A stretch of 64,000 nt of DNA, taken from contig AP026134.1 in assembly GCA_030295235.1 (NCBI GenBank), forward strand, positions 1,178,001 to 1,242,000, written 5' to 3'. The stretch comes from Fistulifera solaris. Lineage: Eukaryota. Below the pieces are notes generated by a model. It did not search any database. It was not told the DNA's origin and worked only from the letters and a program-made list of their open reading frames with translations. Shown here in pieces: positions 23,938 through 36,791 of the stretch. How positions within the stretch are numbered: position 1 is the first letter of the stretch; every line of letters begins with the position of its first letter. The position numbers and the translations under genes are program-made.

Positions 23938-24236
23938 CCTCTCTCGATTGTGACTCGTTGCCGATGTCTTGAAAAATAAAAACGGCGGCCGGTGACTTCA
24001 ATGTAAATCCGTGTTGGCGTCGCACTGTGTGACAAACATTTTGATTTTTGGAAATGCGAAAAATATACTCCGAGTACCAGTACTTCATTTGGCAAAAGAT
24101 AGCAGTCTACAAGATACGATCACATGGCGAAAAGTAGATGCCGCGAGCTTATTATCAGAAGTTTAAAGTATATTATCACTCGAGTAAAAACGGACGTTTA
24201 CGCGATCGCGTCTACTGTGGAATGATCGAATGCCTC

Positions 24237-25352
24237 TTATAGAAATGGACTTGGGTTCACTAGATTGGTTCGTCTTTCGGCACGTTTGTGCATGTGAGCG
24301 AGATCATGACTCTTCGCCCTTTGAATACCTCGTTGATTCTTCTCGATAAAACCGCTGCGCGAACAAGTCATTGGCGTTGTTGTCGGTGAGCGACCTTTCG
24401 GCTCGCACTCCTTATGCTTTCTCGGCAGACTCGATGGTCGATGAACACTTCGTTGTCTCTCTTTACTACAAGGCTCCGTATGGGAAGCGACTTCTTTGGG
24501 TCGGACAACGCGATACTCATGGTGGTCATCCCTATGTTTTCGGTGCTTTGTGTCATCGTTGTGGCTCTTCGTCCTTCTCGCACCTCTTTCCGTCGGAGCT
24601 CTTCGACGACCAGCTTTAGGCGAAGGATCGTTGGTGGCGACACCATGATCAGCACGGTTGCCGATTTTCCGATGATCAGCTTCTCCTCGTAGGTCGTAAT
24701 TATCTGATTTCAATCGCGTAGGTCGTTTTGACCTTCCCGTATGGCAGCCACTGCCAGCTGCCTTGGCTTTGTAGGTGGGTCGTTTATGCTCTGGTGAATG
24801 TTGATGACATGACACAACAATCTCTTTGTCTGGTATATCTTCTTTTGATATGTCGTCGATCGGATCGTGTACGCTTCCCAAAGAGGAGGTTGACGAATCA
24901 TCATAGCAATGATCATGTGGGTAGTTGCTACTTATTTCTTTGCCGATCAAATCTCCCATGTTGGAGTCGTCAGACGGCTGTTCTGTATGAGCTCTATGTG
25001 TCACCGTCTTGATCAAGGTTGTCTTTTTCAACAAAGTTGTCGTGATATTGGCTGCCGTTTTGGAAAGAGCTGATATAAGTGATTTTCCATCGTCTACTTC
25101 GTCATCGGAGTTAGCACTGCTATCCAAATCAGGAGTACGGTCTTTTTGACGAAGAGGAAATCGTAGCTTTGACGCTGCATTTGAAAGCGCTGCGCGAAAA
25201 TGGCCTGTGACTGATTCGTTCTCCGACTCTTCTGCATCGCTGTCGTCGATATCGTCGTGAGCGCCCCATTTCTCAACAACATAACGTCTCAAAGAAGTAC
25301 GTTGTGCTTGTTGACGTGCCGAGGTCAAAGGTTCCGTTTGGTTACCTGTCAT
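24237..25352 (-). CDS. Hypothetical low-complexity charged protein
   Basis: ~370-aa open frame from the ATG at 25352 with an acidic then basic disordered composition and no recognisable domain. Confidence 0.6.
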   Translation of the reverse strand: MTGNQTEPLTSARQQAQRTSLRRYVVEKWGAHDDIDDSDAEESENESVTGHFRAALSNAASKLRFPLRQKDRTPDLDSSANSDDEVDDGKSLISALSKTAANITTTLLKKTTLIKTVTHRAHTEQPSDDSNMGDLIGKEISSNYPHDHCYDDSSTSSLGSVHDPIDDISKEDIPDKEIVVSCHQHSPEHKRPTYKAKAAGSGCHTGRSKRPTRLKSDNYDLRGEADHRKIGNRADHGVATNDPSPKAGRRRAPTERGARRTKSHNDDTKHRKHRDDHHEYRVVRPKEVASHTEPCSKERQRSVHRPSSLPRKHKECEPKGRSPTTTPMTCSRSGFIEKNQRGIQRAKSHDLAHMHKRAERRTNLVNPSPFL

Positions 25353-26254
25353 TGTTGTAATTCGGTCCCTGCCCAAATGAAATATTCGATTATTGCTGGA
25401 AAAATAGAAGCAATGAAAAGATTCGACGGAACGCTTTGTGCGAAAAATGGGGGCAACACATGCAACTTACAGCGCGAAAGGCGGCGCAATTCGAAAGAAG
25501 GTATCGAACGTGTCCTTCTCTGGCTTTTTGTTTGATACAAATTAGTAGTATTTATTTGAGCAAATAGCAAATACAAGAAGGAACAAGAACCAAGAACAGA
25601 AGAAAGAAGAACCTCATATATATTTTATTCCTAATTTTTTAATCGTCAGAATCTAAACACAAGTAAAGAATTTAGAAAGTGTGTCCGCGGGGTCTGGGGT
25701 CCTGAATCCTTATGTGTAGAGTAATTTGTAGCCCACTTTGGCATCGACCAGCGACCAGTCATTGGTCATGGGTCACTGGTCACTGGCGTATCCGTAAATC
25801 GTAAATAGTAGTAAATCTTATCTGGCGTCTAGTAGAGGTCTCGAGCGGCACGATTTACGATTACGGTTACGATTTCAGCCTTTTAGCCACACTACCTGGT
25901 ACTTAGCTCCTAAAAACCATTCCGTAACAACCAAAAGTCCACACGAAACAAAGATTCTACTCATCATTTCCCATTCACCGAACGTATTGTTTCAGATCCC
26001 CTATCACGTCAAGCTCCAGGTCCCCGTGTTTTAGGTTCTCTCGTAAAGGCTAAAGGATTTTCTCGTTGTCAGTTAGAGACAAGGCCTTGAGATCCTGAAA
26101 ATTATTTGGTTTGTACCTTCCTTCTTCGTACTCTTCGTCAAAGGAACATTCTTTTTTATTAAAAAATTGTTGGTAAAACCCTCAAAATCATGCTTTCATG
26201 ACTGAAACTCCTATCCGATCTTTCGGAATCAATCCAATGCTCAATCGATCGAGT

Positions 26255-27280
26255 CTACGACTCGTCTTGACTATCAGCTTCGTTGTAGTTAGGGCTGTTT
26301 TCGGCTCCATTATCTTCCGTAACTGAATCGTCCGTCTCTCTCGTCTCCTCCAATGCGTATTCTTGACGCTGAACAACAAAGGGCGCCTTCCAAACCCCAA
26401 GTCGTTGTATTGATCCATCGACACTCGTATACAAAGGTGCAGAAAGGTCTTTTGTTGTTTCGCTATCGAACCACGTCGCATTGAGACGATTGGTCATTAA
26501 ATATTGAATACCCGATTCCTGAATATGATACAAAAGCGCGTTTCGAGTCGGAGTAGAAGAGAATGACAAATCTCCAATCCAGACGAGGTCTGCTGGAGGT
26601 GGAATAGTACAAGTCAAATCGAAACGATGGAAATGTATGTTTTCTTTCCCGAAGCATGTCTGCAACTTCGCCATCTCATCGGATGCTCCAAGGGAAAAGT
26701 ATTGCACCCAGAATGGAAACATCTTCCAATCATCAGAGATAGCATCATCATTGTCTGTATATCGAATAACACTTTTAATGTTCAAGTCGTTTAAAACCTT
26801 TGGTAGAATTTCTCGTAGTGCAGCATTCAAAGATGGATTCGCCTGGTCCGCACTGGTACAGTTTGAATCAGAACCCAACGGAAGATCCACATTGGTGGTG
26901 TTTATGGATTGACATGTGTATTTGGGAGATCGCCGTATACAGGATAAAAACATATCAGGACTTTTCGATAGGTCCGAACACCGGATCGCAGATTCGTCGT
27001 TGGAATTAGAAAATTCTGTAGAATTGTCATCATCATTATTTGACGGCGTTTCGGAGTCATGCGATTGTTGAAGTTCGTTCTCCTGTCCGGTTTGAGCCTG
27101 ATGTTCCTCAACGATATTACTTGAAATGATTAAATCGTTCATATCTTTTAAAAAGAAGTATTCTGTCCCTATGGTCCGTAGCACAACTACACCGATGACC
27201 ACATAAACGACACATTGTCGCCTTCTTCGCGCTGAAGCGGCAGCAGCTGGTGATTGAGGAACTCGTCGTAGGCGAGGCAT
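26255..27280 (-). CDS. Type II membrane protein with a degenerate class I methyltransferase-like domain
   Basis: Basic N-terminus and TM helix. The pattern LREILPKVLNDLNIKSV...FDLTCTIPPPADLVW...ESGIQYLMT resembles a SAM-methyltransferase family, but the Gly-rich motif is absent. Confidence 0.6.
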   Translation of the reverse strand: MPRLRRVPQSPAAAASARRRRQCVVYVVIGVVVLRTIGTEYFFLKDMNDLIISSNIVEEHQAQTGQENELQQSHDSETPSNNDDDNSTEFSNSNDESAIRCSDLSKSPDMFLSCIRRSPKYTCQSINTTNVDLPLGSDSNCTSADQANPSLNAALREILPKVLNDLNIKSVIRYTDNDDAISDDWKMFPFWVQYFSLGASDEMAKLQTCFGKENIHFHRFDLTCTIPPPADLVWIGDLSFSSTPTRNALLYHIQESGIQYLMTNRLNATWFDSETTKDLSAPLYTSVDGSIQRLGVWKAPFVVQRQEYALEETRETDDSVTEDNGAENSPNYNEADSQDES

Positions 27281-27625
27281 GGTCGAAAGTATTTAGATTA
27301 GATTAATATTGCAGAAATTATTGGTAGAACTCGTCTCAGGCTTCATGCTTTATGGTTGTGTGTTGACTTCAAACTCGAAAGAAAGTCATCTTACACAAAA
27401 ATCTGAAAAGTCATTGCGTCGCATGTCGCATCACGTTTGAGTTTTGAAGCGCTGAAGTTCACGACTGAAATTGGGACGTGGTATAAGACAAAGGATTGAA
27501 CGCAAGGGTACGGTAAACGAAAGAATTTGAAATAATGATCTAGCTACTAGTTGATAAGCCGTAAACTTTTCAGACCAAAACGTGGTTTTTAGCTACTTCA
27601 ATGACATATCGTCTCATTGACAAGC

Positions 27626-28669
27626 TTACACTTCTACATTGATGCATTCGGCCGTCTTGCTAAATCGTTTCAAGATTCCGGCAGTAACTTTTCCCGGTCC
27701 CAATTCGTAAGCCTTTTCGAATCCCTTACTCAACATCAAATCCATAGTGTTTTCCCACAAGACAGGTGAGGTGACTTGAGTCGCCAACAACTTCTTGATG
27801 GTATCGGGGTCCGAATGGGGCTTGGCATCGACGTTGGAGATGACCGGAATGCGTGGCTTATTGATAGTGACTTCTCCAAGGATATCCTCGAGTGATTTGA
27901 CGGCAGGCTGCATGAAGGATGTGTGGAAAGCACCGGCCACGGCCAGCTTGACGGTCATGCGAGCACCAAAGTCTGGCTTGGCAATTTCGGCGACTGTGTC
28001 GCATGCTTTGGAAGTCCCCGAAACAGCGTAGTTTCCATTGCACAAGTAGTTGGCAATCTGAATCGATTCGCCGCCACTTTTCTCGACGGCCGCAGCACAA
28101 AGTTCCTTGACCTTGTCGGACGCCAATCCGATCACCGAAACCATGCCCGTGTCCACGGCATCCGAAGCGGCCTGCATAGCTTCACCACGGGCCTTGGTAA
28201 TTTTGACTCCATCTTCAAAGGAAATGGCTCCAGCGAAGCACAGGGCACTGTACTCTCCTAGACTGAGACCCATGGCGCAAGTAGCCGACGCGGCGGCTTC
28301 CGGATCTTCCTGCTTGAGTTTTTCGACCGCCGCCATGGAAGCGACAAAGATAGCGGGCTGACTGACGACAGTCGAATCTAGCTTTTCCTTGGGTCCTGCC
28401 GTGCAGACTTCAAGTAAATCGTAACCCAAGATTTTACTGGCTGTTTCGAATAATTTGGCGGCGGCGGGGACTTCTTTGACGGTCTCGGCGCACATGCCGA
28501 CGAATTGTGCTCCTTGACCAGGAAACATAAAGGCGGTCTTGCTTGTGAAATCATCAAAGTCATTATCGGAGGCAGCCAGACTGCTCATGGAACGAGCGGA
28601 ATAACGCAAAGCGGACGGCACAAAGGCGCGGGCAGTGGTCGCTAGACACAATAGCATGGAGATTCTCAT
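27626..28669 (-). CDS. fabD: Plastid malonyl-CoA:ACP transacylase
   Basis: ARA-FVP presequence, AFMFPGQGAQ, SQPAIF, catalytic GLSLGEY, VAGAFHT and ELGPGKV. Confidence 0.96.
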   Translation of the reverse strand: MRISMLLCLATTARAFVPSALRYSARSMSSLAASDNDFDDFTSKTAFMFPGQGAQFVGMCAETVKEVPAAAKLFETASKILGYDLLEVCTAGPKEKLDSTVVSQPAIFVASMAAVEKLKQEDPEAAASATCAMGLSLGEYSALCFAGAISFEDGVKITKARGEAMQAASDAVDTGMVSVIGLASDKVKELCAAAVEKSGGESIQIANYLCNGNYAVSGTSKACDTVAEIAKPDFGARMTVKLAVAGAFHTSFMQPAVKSLEDILGEVTINKPRIPVISNVDAKPHSDPDTIKKLLATQVTSPVLWENTMDLMLSKGFEKAYELGPGKVTAGILKRFSKTAECINVEV

Positions 28670-29095
28670 TGTGTACATGTGATGAAGAGTTCTATGCAAC
28701 AACGTAAGGACTTGAAGGTGAGGGAATGTTTGTGTAATGCGATCAATGCTAAAGAAGAACTTTGTGTGATAAGGCAATAGTCATTCTTACCTACAATCAA
28801 TCAAAATCAAATGAACGACGACAACAAAACGACGACGTCTCGGATTTTCGAATCAAGAAAATGATCCGTTCACAAAGAATCACAATCAACAAAGCGACTG
28901 ACCGTCGCACACGTCGTCATACGTCACTCATTTCAGTTCATCGATGTCACCCGCGTGATTGAAGTTTTCCGTTCACGTATGTGCTTCTTCGTGTTTTGTT
29001 TTGCGTGTCACGTGTGACGCTACCCTCAAACTCTAGACGAGCGCTAACATCCGATTTCCCATCCATTCATAATTATTTGATGAAATTATTTAATT

Positions 29096-30794
29096 CTAAT
29101 CTTTCTTCTCTTTTTGAGCGTCCAAGAGCACTCCAACCGCTTGTTGAATGCGCTGAAACATAGCTTTCAATTGTTGAAACTTGGTGGCTCCGACAATCAA
29201 AAGAAAGCATGTGACCACGGTCCATGTATGATGCAAGGCTTGGGAGGTCGCACGACAAACGGTGTGGCTACAGGTAGCGTCGGTGAACCAGCGGAGTACG
29301 TAGGCGAATGCTGCGACAAGACCAGGAATGACATATCTGTTGCCAACAAGCAATAAATGTAAGTTGAGGATATGCGCGCAATACACATTCCATTCAAACA
29401 CACACGTCACCTACACTTCAAGACCCAACAACGGATTCCTTCCGTTGTTTAACGATTCGTACACAGTAAATTGTTCCGACAATTCTTCTTCCAAACGATT
29501 CTTCGCCTCCAAAATCTTTTTGTTTATTACCAAAGTTTGCTTTCTCTTGAAACGCCTTGATGGACTGCTTTCGAAGCAGCTCGTGCTGCTCTTGCAATTC
29601 CTGTGGAGGTACGTAGTTCGTGCAATGGGGACCGGCGGTGCGGTCCATTCCCTGTGTGTACAACTGCATCGCGGTTAACTTGGCATTGGTGGTGTTGGTC
29701 GTTGCCGTGGCATCGAGAAGTGTCGCCGCTTGTGGGAATTTCGCTCCTTGAGCAAAGAGTCCGGCGTACGCTTCGCAGTAGTTTCCAAACTCTGCGACGG
29801 TGATAGTCTGTCCATGAATTTGCTTGCACGGCACGGCATCAAACACGCGCGTACAGTAGCGATCCAGCAATCGCAGAAACATCGGTTCCATATCGGATGC
29901 TTGACCGGAGAACTTCTTCTTGGTCACGGCAAAACCAGGATGACACAATCCGTAACACTGAATATTTTGAAATGTGTTGAGAATCTGCTCTCGTGTTTCT
30001 TGCAAATCTTTCACATCGCGTTCTCGAATGACTTGATCCAAATATTCTTTCATGCTTTCTTCCATTCGATCCACATTATCTTCGTCTTCCTCATCGAAAT
30101 GTTGCCAATCACGGACCAAGAATTCGAGCATTTGAAAGGGTGCCGTTTCACTTTGATCCTCCATAGCCGTGACGGCATATTCCGAAAAGAGCGCGAGTTG
30201 CTGCAAGTTATCTTCTTGAATGCGTTTGTCAACATTGTAGACTTGATAACTGGAAAGCAAGGTCGAGAATCCGAAAATACAGGCCGTCAAATTCATACTG
30301 GTTTCGTGATCGAACATGCCTTGCGTGTCGACGAGAAAGAGAACCGACTCGCCCTTTTCATCTACTACCGGAGTATTCCACATCCAAATACCCGTCGTAT
30401 CACGCTCTTTCCCAGCTTGCCAATGAAAAACGCCCTTTTGTAACTCGTCGACTTGTTCGTACCATTTCTTGGTTTCATTTTCGGTAGATAAAGTGCGGTT
30501 GATGTAACGAAGAAACCAAGACAGCAAGAAACTCTTGCCCGTTCGAAAGGCGCCGACTACTGACACGACTTTGACTTTGTAATGCGAAGGCACTTTTGAC
30601 AGAATGGCTTGCAATCGGTCTGGATGAAATTGAAACGCATAACCAGTTGTCTCCGTTCCGATGGAAACAATATTCACGGCGTGAGGCGCATCTTCGTCGG
30701 GAGTGAGCGATTCCTTTTCGAGAGTCGTAGCCGTGTTGTCTTCGTGTTCGACGAGAACGACGCTCTCTTCCGACGATGATGGTGATAATGTCAT
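29096..30794 (-). CDS. Atlastin-like (GBP family) ER-fusion GTPase
   Basis: GAFRTGKS, ERDTTGIWMW, DTQGMFD and FLVRDW. The C-terminal TM hairpin follows intron 29414-29337. 1-bp frameshift at ~29520 in an A-run. Confidence 0.9.
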
Positions 30795-31208
30795 ACTGTG
30801 TTGCGCTACGATTGTTTCAATTGTATTATTAGTGATAATGATGAAGGTATTCTTTTGCGAAAGCAATAGAATGGCGATACCCAACAACACGCTCTGTTTG
30901 TGACCGGTGATGATGTTTATTGTCATTGTCGCTGCGTTGTTTTCTTCGTGTTTGAACCGTCCGCAAGCTGATTATTCGAGTCTACGGTACCTGGTATCGG
31001 AGCGTTACTAAAGCATTAGCTAAAAATATACAAGGAGTACCGAACGGATCCTCATGGTTGTTCTTGCGAAAACTGCTTTTCTCTCCTTTCCACACTCCAC
31101 TCTCCACTTTTCGCAACAAACAACAACACTATGCCGGCATGACGAATGCATGCAATGAGCTCGACTAACCATTCATATATATAGTCTCCCCCTTCATTAA
31201 TCAACAGA

Positions 31209-32165
31209 ATGAACAGCTATCCGTTTCGAAACGTGATACAACCCCTTCAACGCCGCCTTGATTTTCAGAATTGGCAAGATTATCCGCAATTTGCATCGAA
31301 TCAGGTCGGTCAAGTCCTCTCATTGGTTAGTCTGACACTCTTTTATCATGTATCCTGACACCCACTCGATTTTGTCACTATGTAGTCCCTCGGTCGAGTG
31401 GCGCTAATTGCTACTATCCTTGGCTTACTGTGGGGTGTCCATGCCGTCCTGAGTGTGCAATGCATTTGGGGTTATGTGATGTACGGCTCCAATTCTCTCA
31501 TGCTATGGCAATGGTCATCGTATATGCTATGTTTAACAACGTTTCATTTACTCGAATTCTTTGTCACGGCAATTTACAATCATCCCTCCGCTCTCTCAGC
31601 CGATTCCTTTCTCGTCAATCACTCGGCGGCCTATACCGCCGCCGCATTGACTTCTTGGACCGAATTCGCTCTACATCCTATCTTACCTTGGTCGAATCAC
31701 TTCTCGGTGAGCTGTGTTGGGTTAATTCTTCTGGGCATTGGGCAAATACTACGTTCCCTGGCGATGAAAACCGCGGCCAGTTCCTTTCATCACATGATTC
31801 AAATTCAACCACATCATACACTGGTAACAACGGGCATTTACAAATACTTTCGACACGGATCGTATGCCGGATTCTACTACTGGTGCTGTGGGACACAACT
31901 TCTACTGGGGAATTATTTGCATACGATAGCGTTTGCGATCGTTTGTTGGTCATTCTTTTCGAAGCGAATACCTTACGAAGAAGAATTACTTTGTCGCGAA
32001 TATCCACATGAGTACCCTAACTATTGCGCAAAAACATGGATTGGGATTCCTTTCATTCGTAGCTTTGGTTTAGAAAAGTATCACAGGAAAGAGCGTGAGT
32101 CGTCCCTGGGGAAAGGCAATCCGGCAGCCTCCTCCAAAGCAAATGTCACTCCCAAGAGTAATTAG
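31209..32165 (+). CDS. ICMT: Protein-S-isoprenylcysteine O-methyltransferase (Ste14/ICMT)
   Basis: FHLLEFFVTA, SFLVNHS, LVTTGIYKYFRHGSYAGFYYW, RIPYEEELL and TWIGIPFI. Intron 31305-31385 is in frame with the ATG at 31209. Confidence 0.93.
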
Positions 32166-32593
32166 TTAACCACTTTAATTTTCTTGCGCTCTAGTCACAG
32201 CTAGAGGGTGACAAGAAGCTGATAAACTAATACGGAGTAAGTAAGAGAATTTCATTGTCGCCAAAATCGGATGTTGCAGTAACCAATGAAGAACCGTTTG
32301 TCGGTCCCGCTTGGTGAGACCCGAAACAATGTCAAAGCACTTATTGTTGATATCCTTGACGTCAGCCAACGACACTTTATGGTGGGGGAATTGAGAATTC
32401 GCCACAAAACTCGCGCGTCTACAGAACACGCATCTTTGCCGACTTCTATTTCAAGACGAGACAAAAAACATCATAGAAGAAAAGTAAATTCAATCAGTTC
32501 ATGGTACTCAACTCAGATTCAATCTAATTAGCAGGCCTTTTGCGGAAGAAGGTAGACGACGAAGAAGAAAAAGAAGAGCGACGGCATCGTGCC

Positions 32594-34908
32594 ATGATGG
32601 GAAGCGCGTGCTCGAGTCATTCCGAAACGAACCACCATCATTCTATGAATCGAAGTGCGCGGGGTCGCGCTGCGGTACGTCGTATAGCATCTTTTTCTTT
32701 CGCTTCGTATCCTATCGCAGAAGTGATCTCACAATGTTGTTTCATCAGCAACTGGCAAATGGAGCTGATGACGATGAAACGATGCAGTGGCACAGCTCAA
32801 AACGACATGCTGTAGTTCATGAGGTAAGATGTAAGATGCTGAAACGACGTGTTTTGACACTAAAGTGCTTCTCATACAAACATCTTTGCTTCAAAGGTTC
32901 CAAACCACTGGATTGCGACTCTCTTCCCCGTCACAAACAACTTTATCGATCACGGAGACGGTACGTCTTCACCAAAATCACTTGCTACATTAGCTGCGGA
33001 AGCCGTGTGTCGTAATCTAGCCACGAGTACTGTTCCTCTTCCAGGCCCGCTTCCGCCAGATGTGGTGGAGGAACTCACGACCACACTACGAATGACACTG
33101 GCGTACAATCCGACTACATTAGAAGCGTTTCAAGACAATGAATGGATGCACCTAGATCTTTCGCAGGTGCGGAACTCGGTGACAGATGAATGGATTCATC
33201 GTTTCTTAGGAGGGCGGATCAAGCGCTCCATTCAAGATACATCACCTACTACTGCTTATTTGAAACATTTGGATTTGAGCGGCTCACAGATCACGGACGA
33301 AGGTCTTTCGGCGATGGGTAGGATGGTGTTTTTAGAGACTGTCGTGCTAGATCAGTGCCATTACCTTATGGGGAGTGAGGACTGCAGAGCCTTTCATGTG
33401 TTTGCCAGTCCGCGTCTACAGTCTGTGTCGCTACAAGATTGTCGTCGTCTGGAGGATGCTGCAGTGCTAGCTTTGTCATTGTATGGTCGCGACAGCTTGC
33501 GCGCTTTGAATCTCTCTGGATGCCGTTGCCTAACCGATCAATCCTTAGTTGCCTGTGGCACTATGTGGCAGCTGGAATCACTGCAACTGGAAGCATGTGA
33601 CATGATTACAGACGCCGGATTGGAGCGTTTACATCATTTGGAACTGGCCGAACTGAATTTGGGGTGGTGTACAAAGATATCGGATCGAGGCATGGAACTT
33701 TTGCTCCAACAGCACATGCCGCTACAGCGTTTGCGAGTAGCCCGCTGTCGTATGCTGAAGCAGCCCGAATGGCTTTACTTGATTTGTAGCACTCTAAGTG
33801 ACTTGGATCTCACAGGGTGTTTACAACTGTCGAGCTCATCATTGGGAAAGACATTGCAAGGGTTGCCTCATTTGCTTCACCTGGATGTCTCTCATATTCC
33901 GGGAATCATGTAAGCCTTAATTGCTAGTGAATTGCGAGGTTCTTTGGTTCTTTTTCTCATATCTCATCGTGTTGCAGCCGTTCTGGCTGGCAAGGAAGGG
34001 TTCCAAAGCTACAAACGTTGGTGTTAAGCTATTCGGCTGTTCGTGACTCTCATTTAACCAAATGGTCAGACTTCCGGGAGCTAGTCGAATTGAATCTGGA
34101 TTCCTGCTCCAACGTAAGCGATAGTTCCTTACGACATTTGGTATCAGCCGCTCCAAACTTGCAACGTCTTGTTGTGGCAGATTGCGCTATTAGCGACGGT
34201 GGAATGGTCCATATTGCTAAATTCAAACAACTGACGCATCTAGATCTGTTCTACTGTCAGATTTCGAATCGCGGCTTAAGATGTTTGTCGGAATTGACTA
34301 ATTTGCAAGTGCTGAGCATCGATAGTAGGGATGTAACAGATTCCGGACTGATATATCTTCAAAACATCAAACAATTGGTCCAGTTGGACTTGTTCTCCGG
34401 TCACGTCACAGATCGAGGTTGCCAATATTTGTCTCATCTTACAAGCCTAGAGTCACTCGCACTCTGTGGCGGAGGCATAGGCGACATAGGCTGCGAATAT
34501 CTTTCCAGACTCATTCGCTTACAACACTTAAATCTATCGGAAAATGAGGATATAACCGATCAAGGCATTGCTCACTTCAAAAGCTTGTCGCAACTGAGGT
34601 CTTTGAATATAAGTCAGACTTCTGTCACCTCGGTCATGCCGCTGGCTTCTTTGAAGCAATTGCAGTCTTTGAGTGTATATGGCTGTCGTGGTATGGCAGA
34701 TCTTCACTCTCTCGAAACGAAGCTCCCCAAATTACGTTGCCTGCGATATTCAAACACCACCCCGGAAGAGGGTATGATGTTAGTCGATCCGGATGATTGT
34801 AAGGAAGATTATTCGGACGACGATGGCGATATACTGCTCGATGATGGGGACGATGATGAATATTCCAATCATGATGCCCCGGTGGGGTTACAAAGAAGAG
34901 ATCTTTGA
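32594..34908 (+). CDS. Leucine-rich repeat protein (cysteine-containing/FBXL14-like LRRs)
   Basis: Many LxxLxLxxCxxITDxGL repeats. Introns 32824-32896 and 33910-33977 join the frames. The start MMGSACS needs one frameshift in exon 1, so the start is uncertain. Confidence 0.85.
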
Positions 34909-35003
34909 TGATATCATCATAAGTTCTGGTAATACTGTTTATATGAAAGGTACATGCTGATTACGGTAAATAAGAGAGCTTTGCAATAATCGCCGTCCTT
35001 GCG

Positions 35004-35763
35004 TTACACTTGAAAATGCGAACTCCCCGTGTTTGTCAAGCCACCTCGCGATCGTTTCTGACGACGCAAATAAGCTGCTCCATGACTTGCTAATCCGCTT
35101 GCCGCAACTTCGAGCAAAGTATCCGTACTCGTCATTGAAGACGAAAGTTCGTAATGTTTCCAGTACTGCTTATCTTGCTCTTTGACGTCTTCAAAATAGT
35201 TCGCTTGTTGCGCCAGCGCTTCTTGCGCCTTGGCAGTCATTGCTCTCCAATACCGCACTTGTCCAAGCAATGAATTCACATCCGGAACATCTCTACTCAA
35301 TCGACAATCAGTCCAGTACAACGCTTGAGTCTTCTGACAGAGTTGACCGCCAATGGCTCCCGCATACATCAATGAGATCAAAATAGGCTCTACATCTTCC
35401 ATCTCCAGGGCCTCTCGCACAATTGAATAAGGTAATGAGACCTTGTTGTGCGGTAGTAGCGACAACACCGTCAATTGTTTCCAGTTTATAGGCTTGCGAA
35501 TCGTTTAATGACAGCAATTGTGTTTGATTTTGAACGTAGTCTTTCCATACCCCAAATGAAAACAACCGCAATGTATTTCGGATATCATCCGACGGATTCT
35601 CAATGACTTGTAACAGTTCATTGTAGCCAGCGAATAAATCGGAGTGACTCAGGACCTTTGACACAATCGCACGCACCGACGCTTCGGGAGCGCCCTTGGC
35701 TGCCTCCATGAAGGGCTGTATCAAAGTCGACAAGTTTGTTTTGCGCTCGATCGGTGATACCAT
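35004..35763 (-). CDS. CSN7: COP9 signalosome subunit 7 (PCI domain)
   Basis: LRLFSFGVWKDY, YKL(KQ)LTVLSL, LPYSIVREAL, MYAGAIGGQLCQK and SRDV. 1-bp frameshift at ~35481. Confidence 0.85.
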
Positions 35764-36500
35764 CTTAGTTCTATTTCAATATCTTGATATGACGAGGAGG
35801 TTAAAGAGTTATGAAAGCAAAGGAATGCAATGATACCGCAAATAAACAAACGGCGAACGGTAAACATTAATCGTTACATAGTCACACCGTTACCACACAT
35901 TACCAAAATCATACTCCGGAGTCCGGAGTAAATCGTCGCGTCTCGTGCACGTGTTTGTGTTTCATCAGTCATCAGTCATCAGGTCTTCACCATACCACCG
36001 GGTCCCCCTCCGTCAATAATTTCCCTACGGCGCTAACGTGAAACTTTCGCAGGGCTTTGAAGCATCGCATTTTGCCTCATTTTTGTATGTTGAGCGCCAT
36101 AGCATCTCGACATTTGGCTATTTGCTATGCAAAGCATAGGTGGATGACCATGAAATTATGACCATGATGCAAATGAAGCGTAAAAGGTGTCGTTGTTAAG
36201 CTATGCCACATCCGGGTACCCCCATATCGATAAATTTCTTACGGCGGCAACGTGGTAATTGCGTAGATTATCGAAGCATCGCAACATTTTGCACTTGTTT
36301 GCGCTTCGAGCGAAAAAGGACATCGCACATCGCTCATGGCTTTTTGGGATGGGATTTAGCAAGTGGTAAAAGCACAACAGGATTGACGCTTTAGACTACC
36401 AGGTAGTCTCGTCTAAGAGAGGTCAATTTTCTTTTTTTCTTCATCTTTCCCAACCTGAATTTTCTGTCGCAAAGCCTGAAGCTAATTGCGGATTCAGAAA

Positions 36501-36683
36501 CTCTTGTGTTTAGGGAAAGGCTTTCCGTTCGTGAAGTTTCTGGCGAACTTTCAATTTCTCGGCTACTCTTTTCCAAATAGTTATTTTCGACTCTCTTGTG
36601 TTTAGGGAAAGGCTTTCCGTTGTGAAGTTTCTGGCGAACTTTCAATTTCTCGGCTACTCTTTTCCAAATAGTTATTTTCGACT
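36501..36683. repeat. Tandem duplication of a 92-bp unit
   Basis: 36501-36592 and 36593-36683 are identical except for one missing C. Confidence 0.95.
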
Positions 36684-36791
36684 TGGAGGACGAAAGGAGT
36701 ACCCCGCATCTTTGCCTTCCGCCGCACCGCAACCACCCCCTGTCTTTTCTCGTTCCTTTCATTCCTAGAGAAATATGGCAGCCATTTCAAG

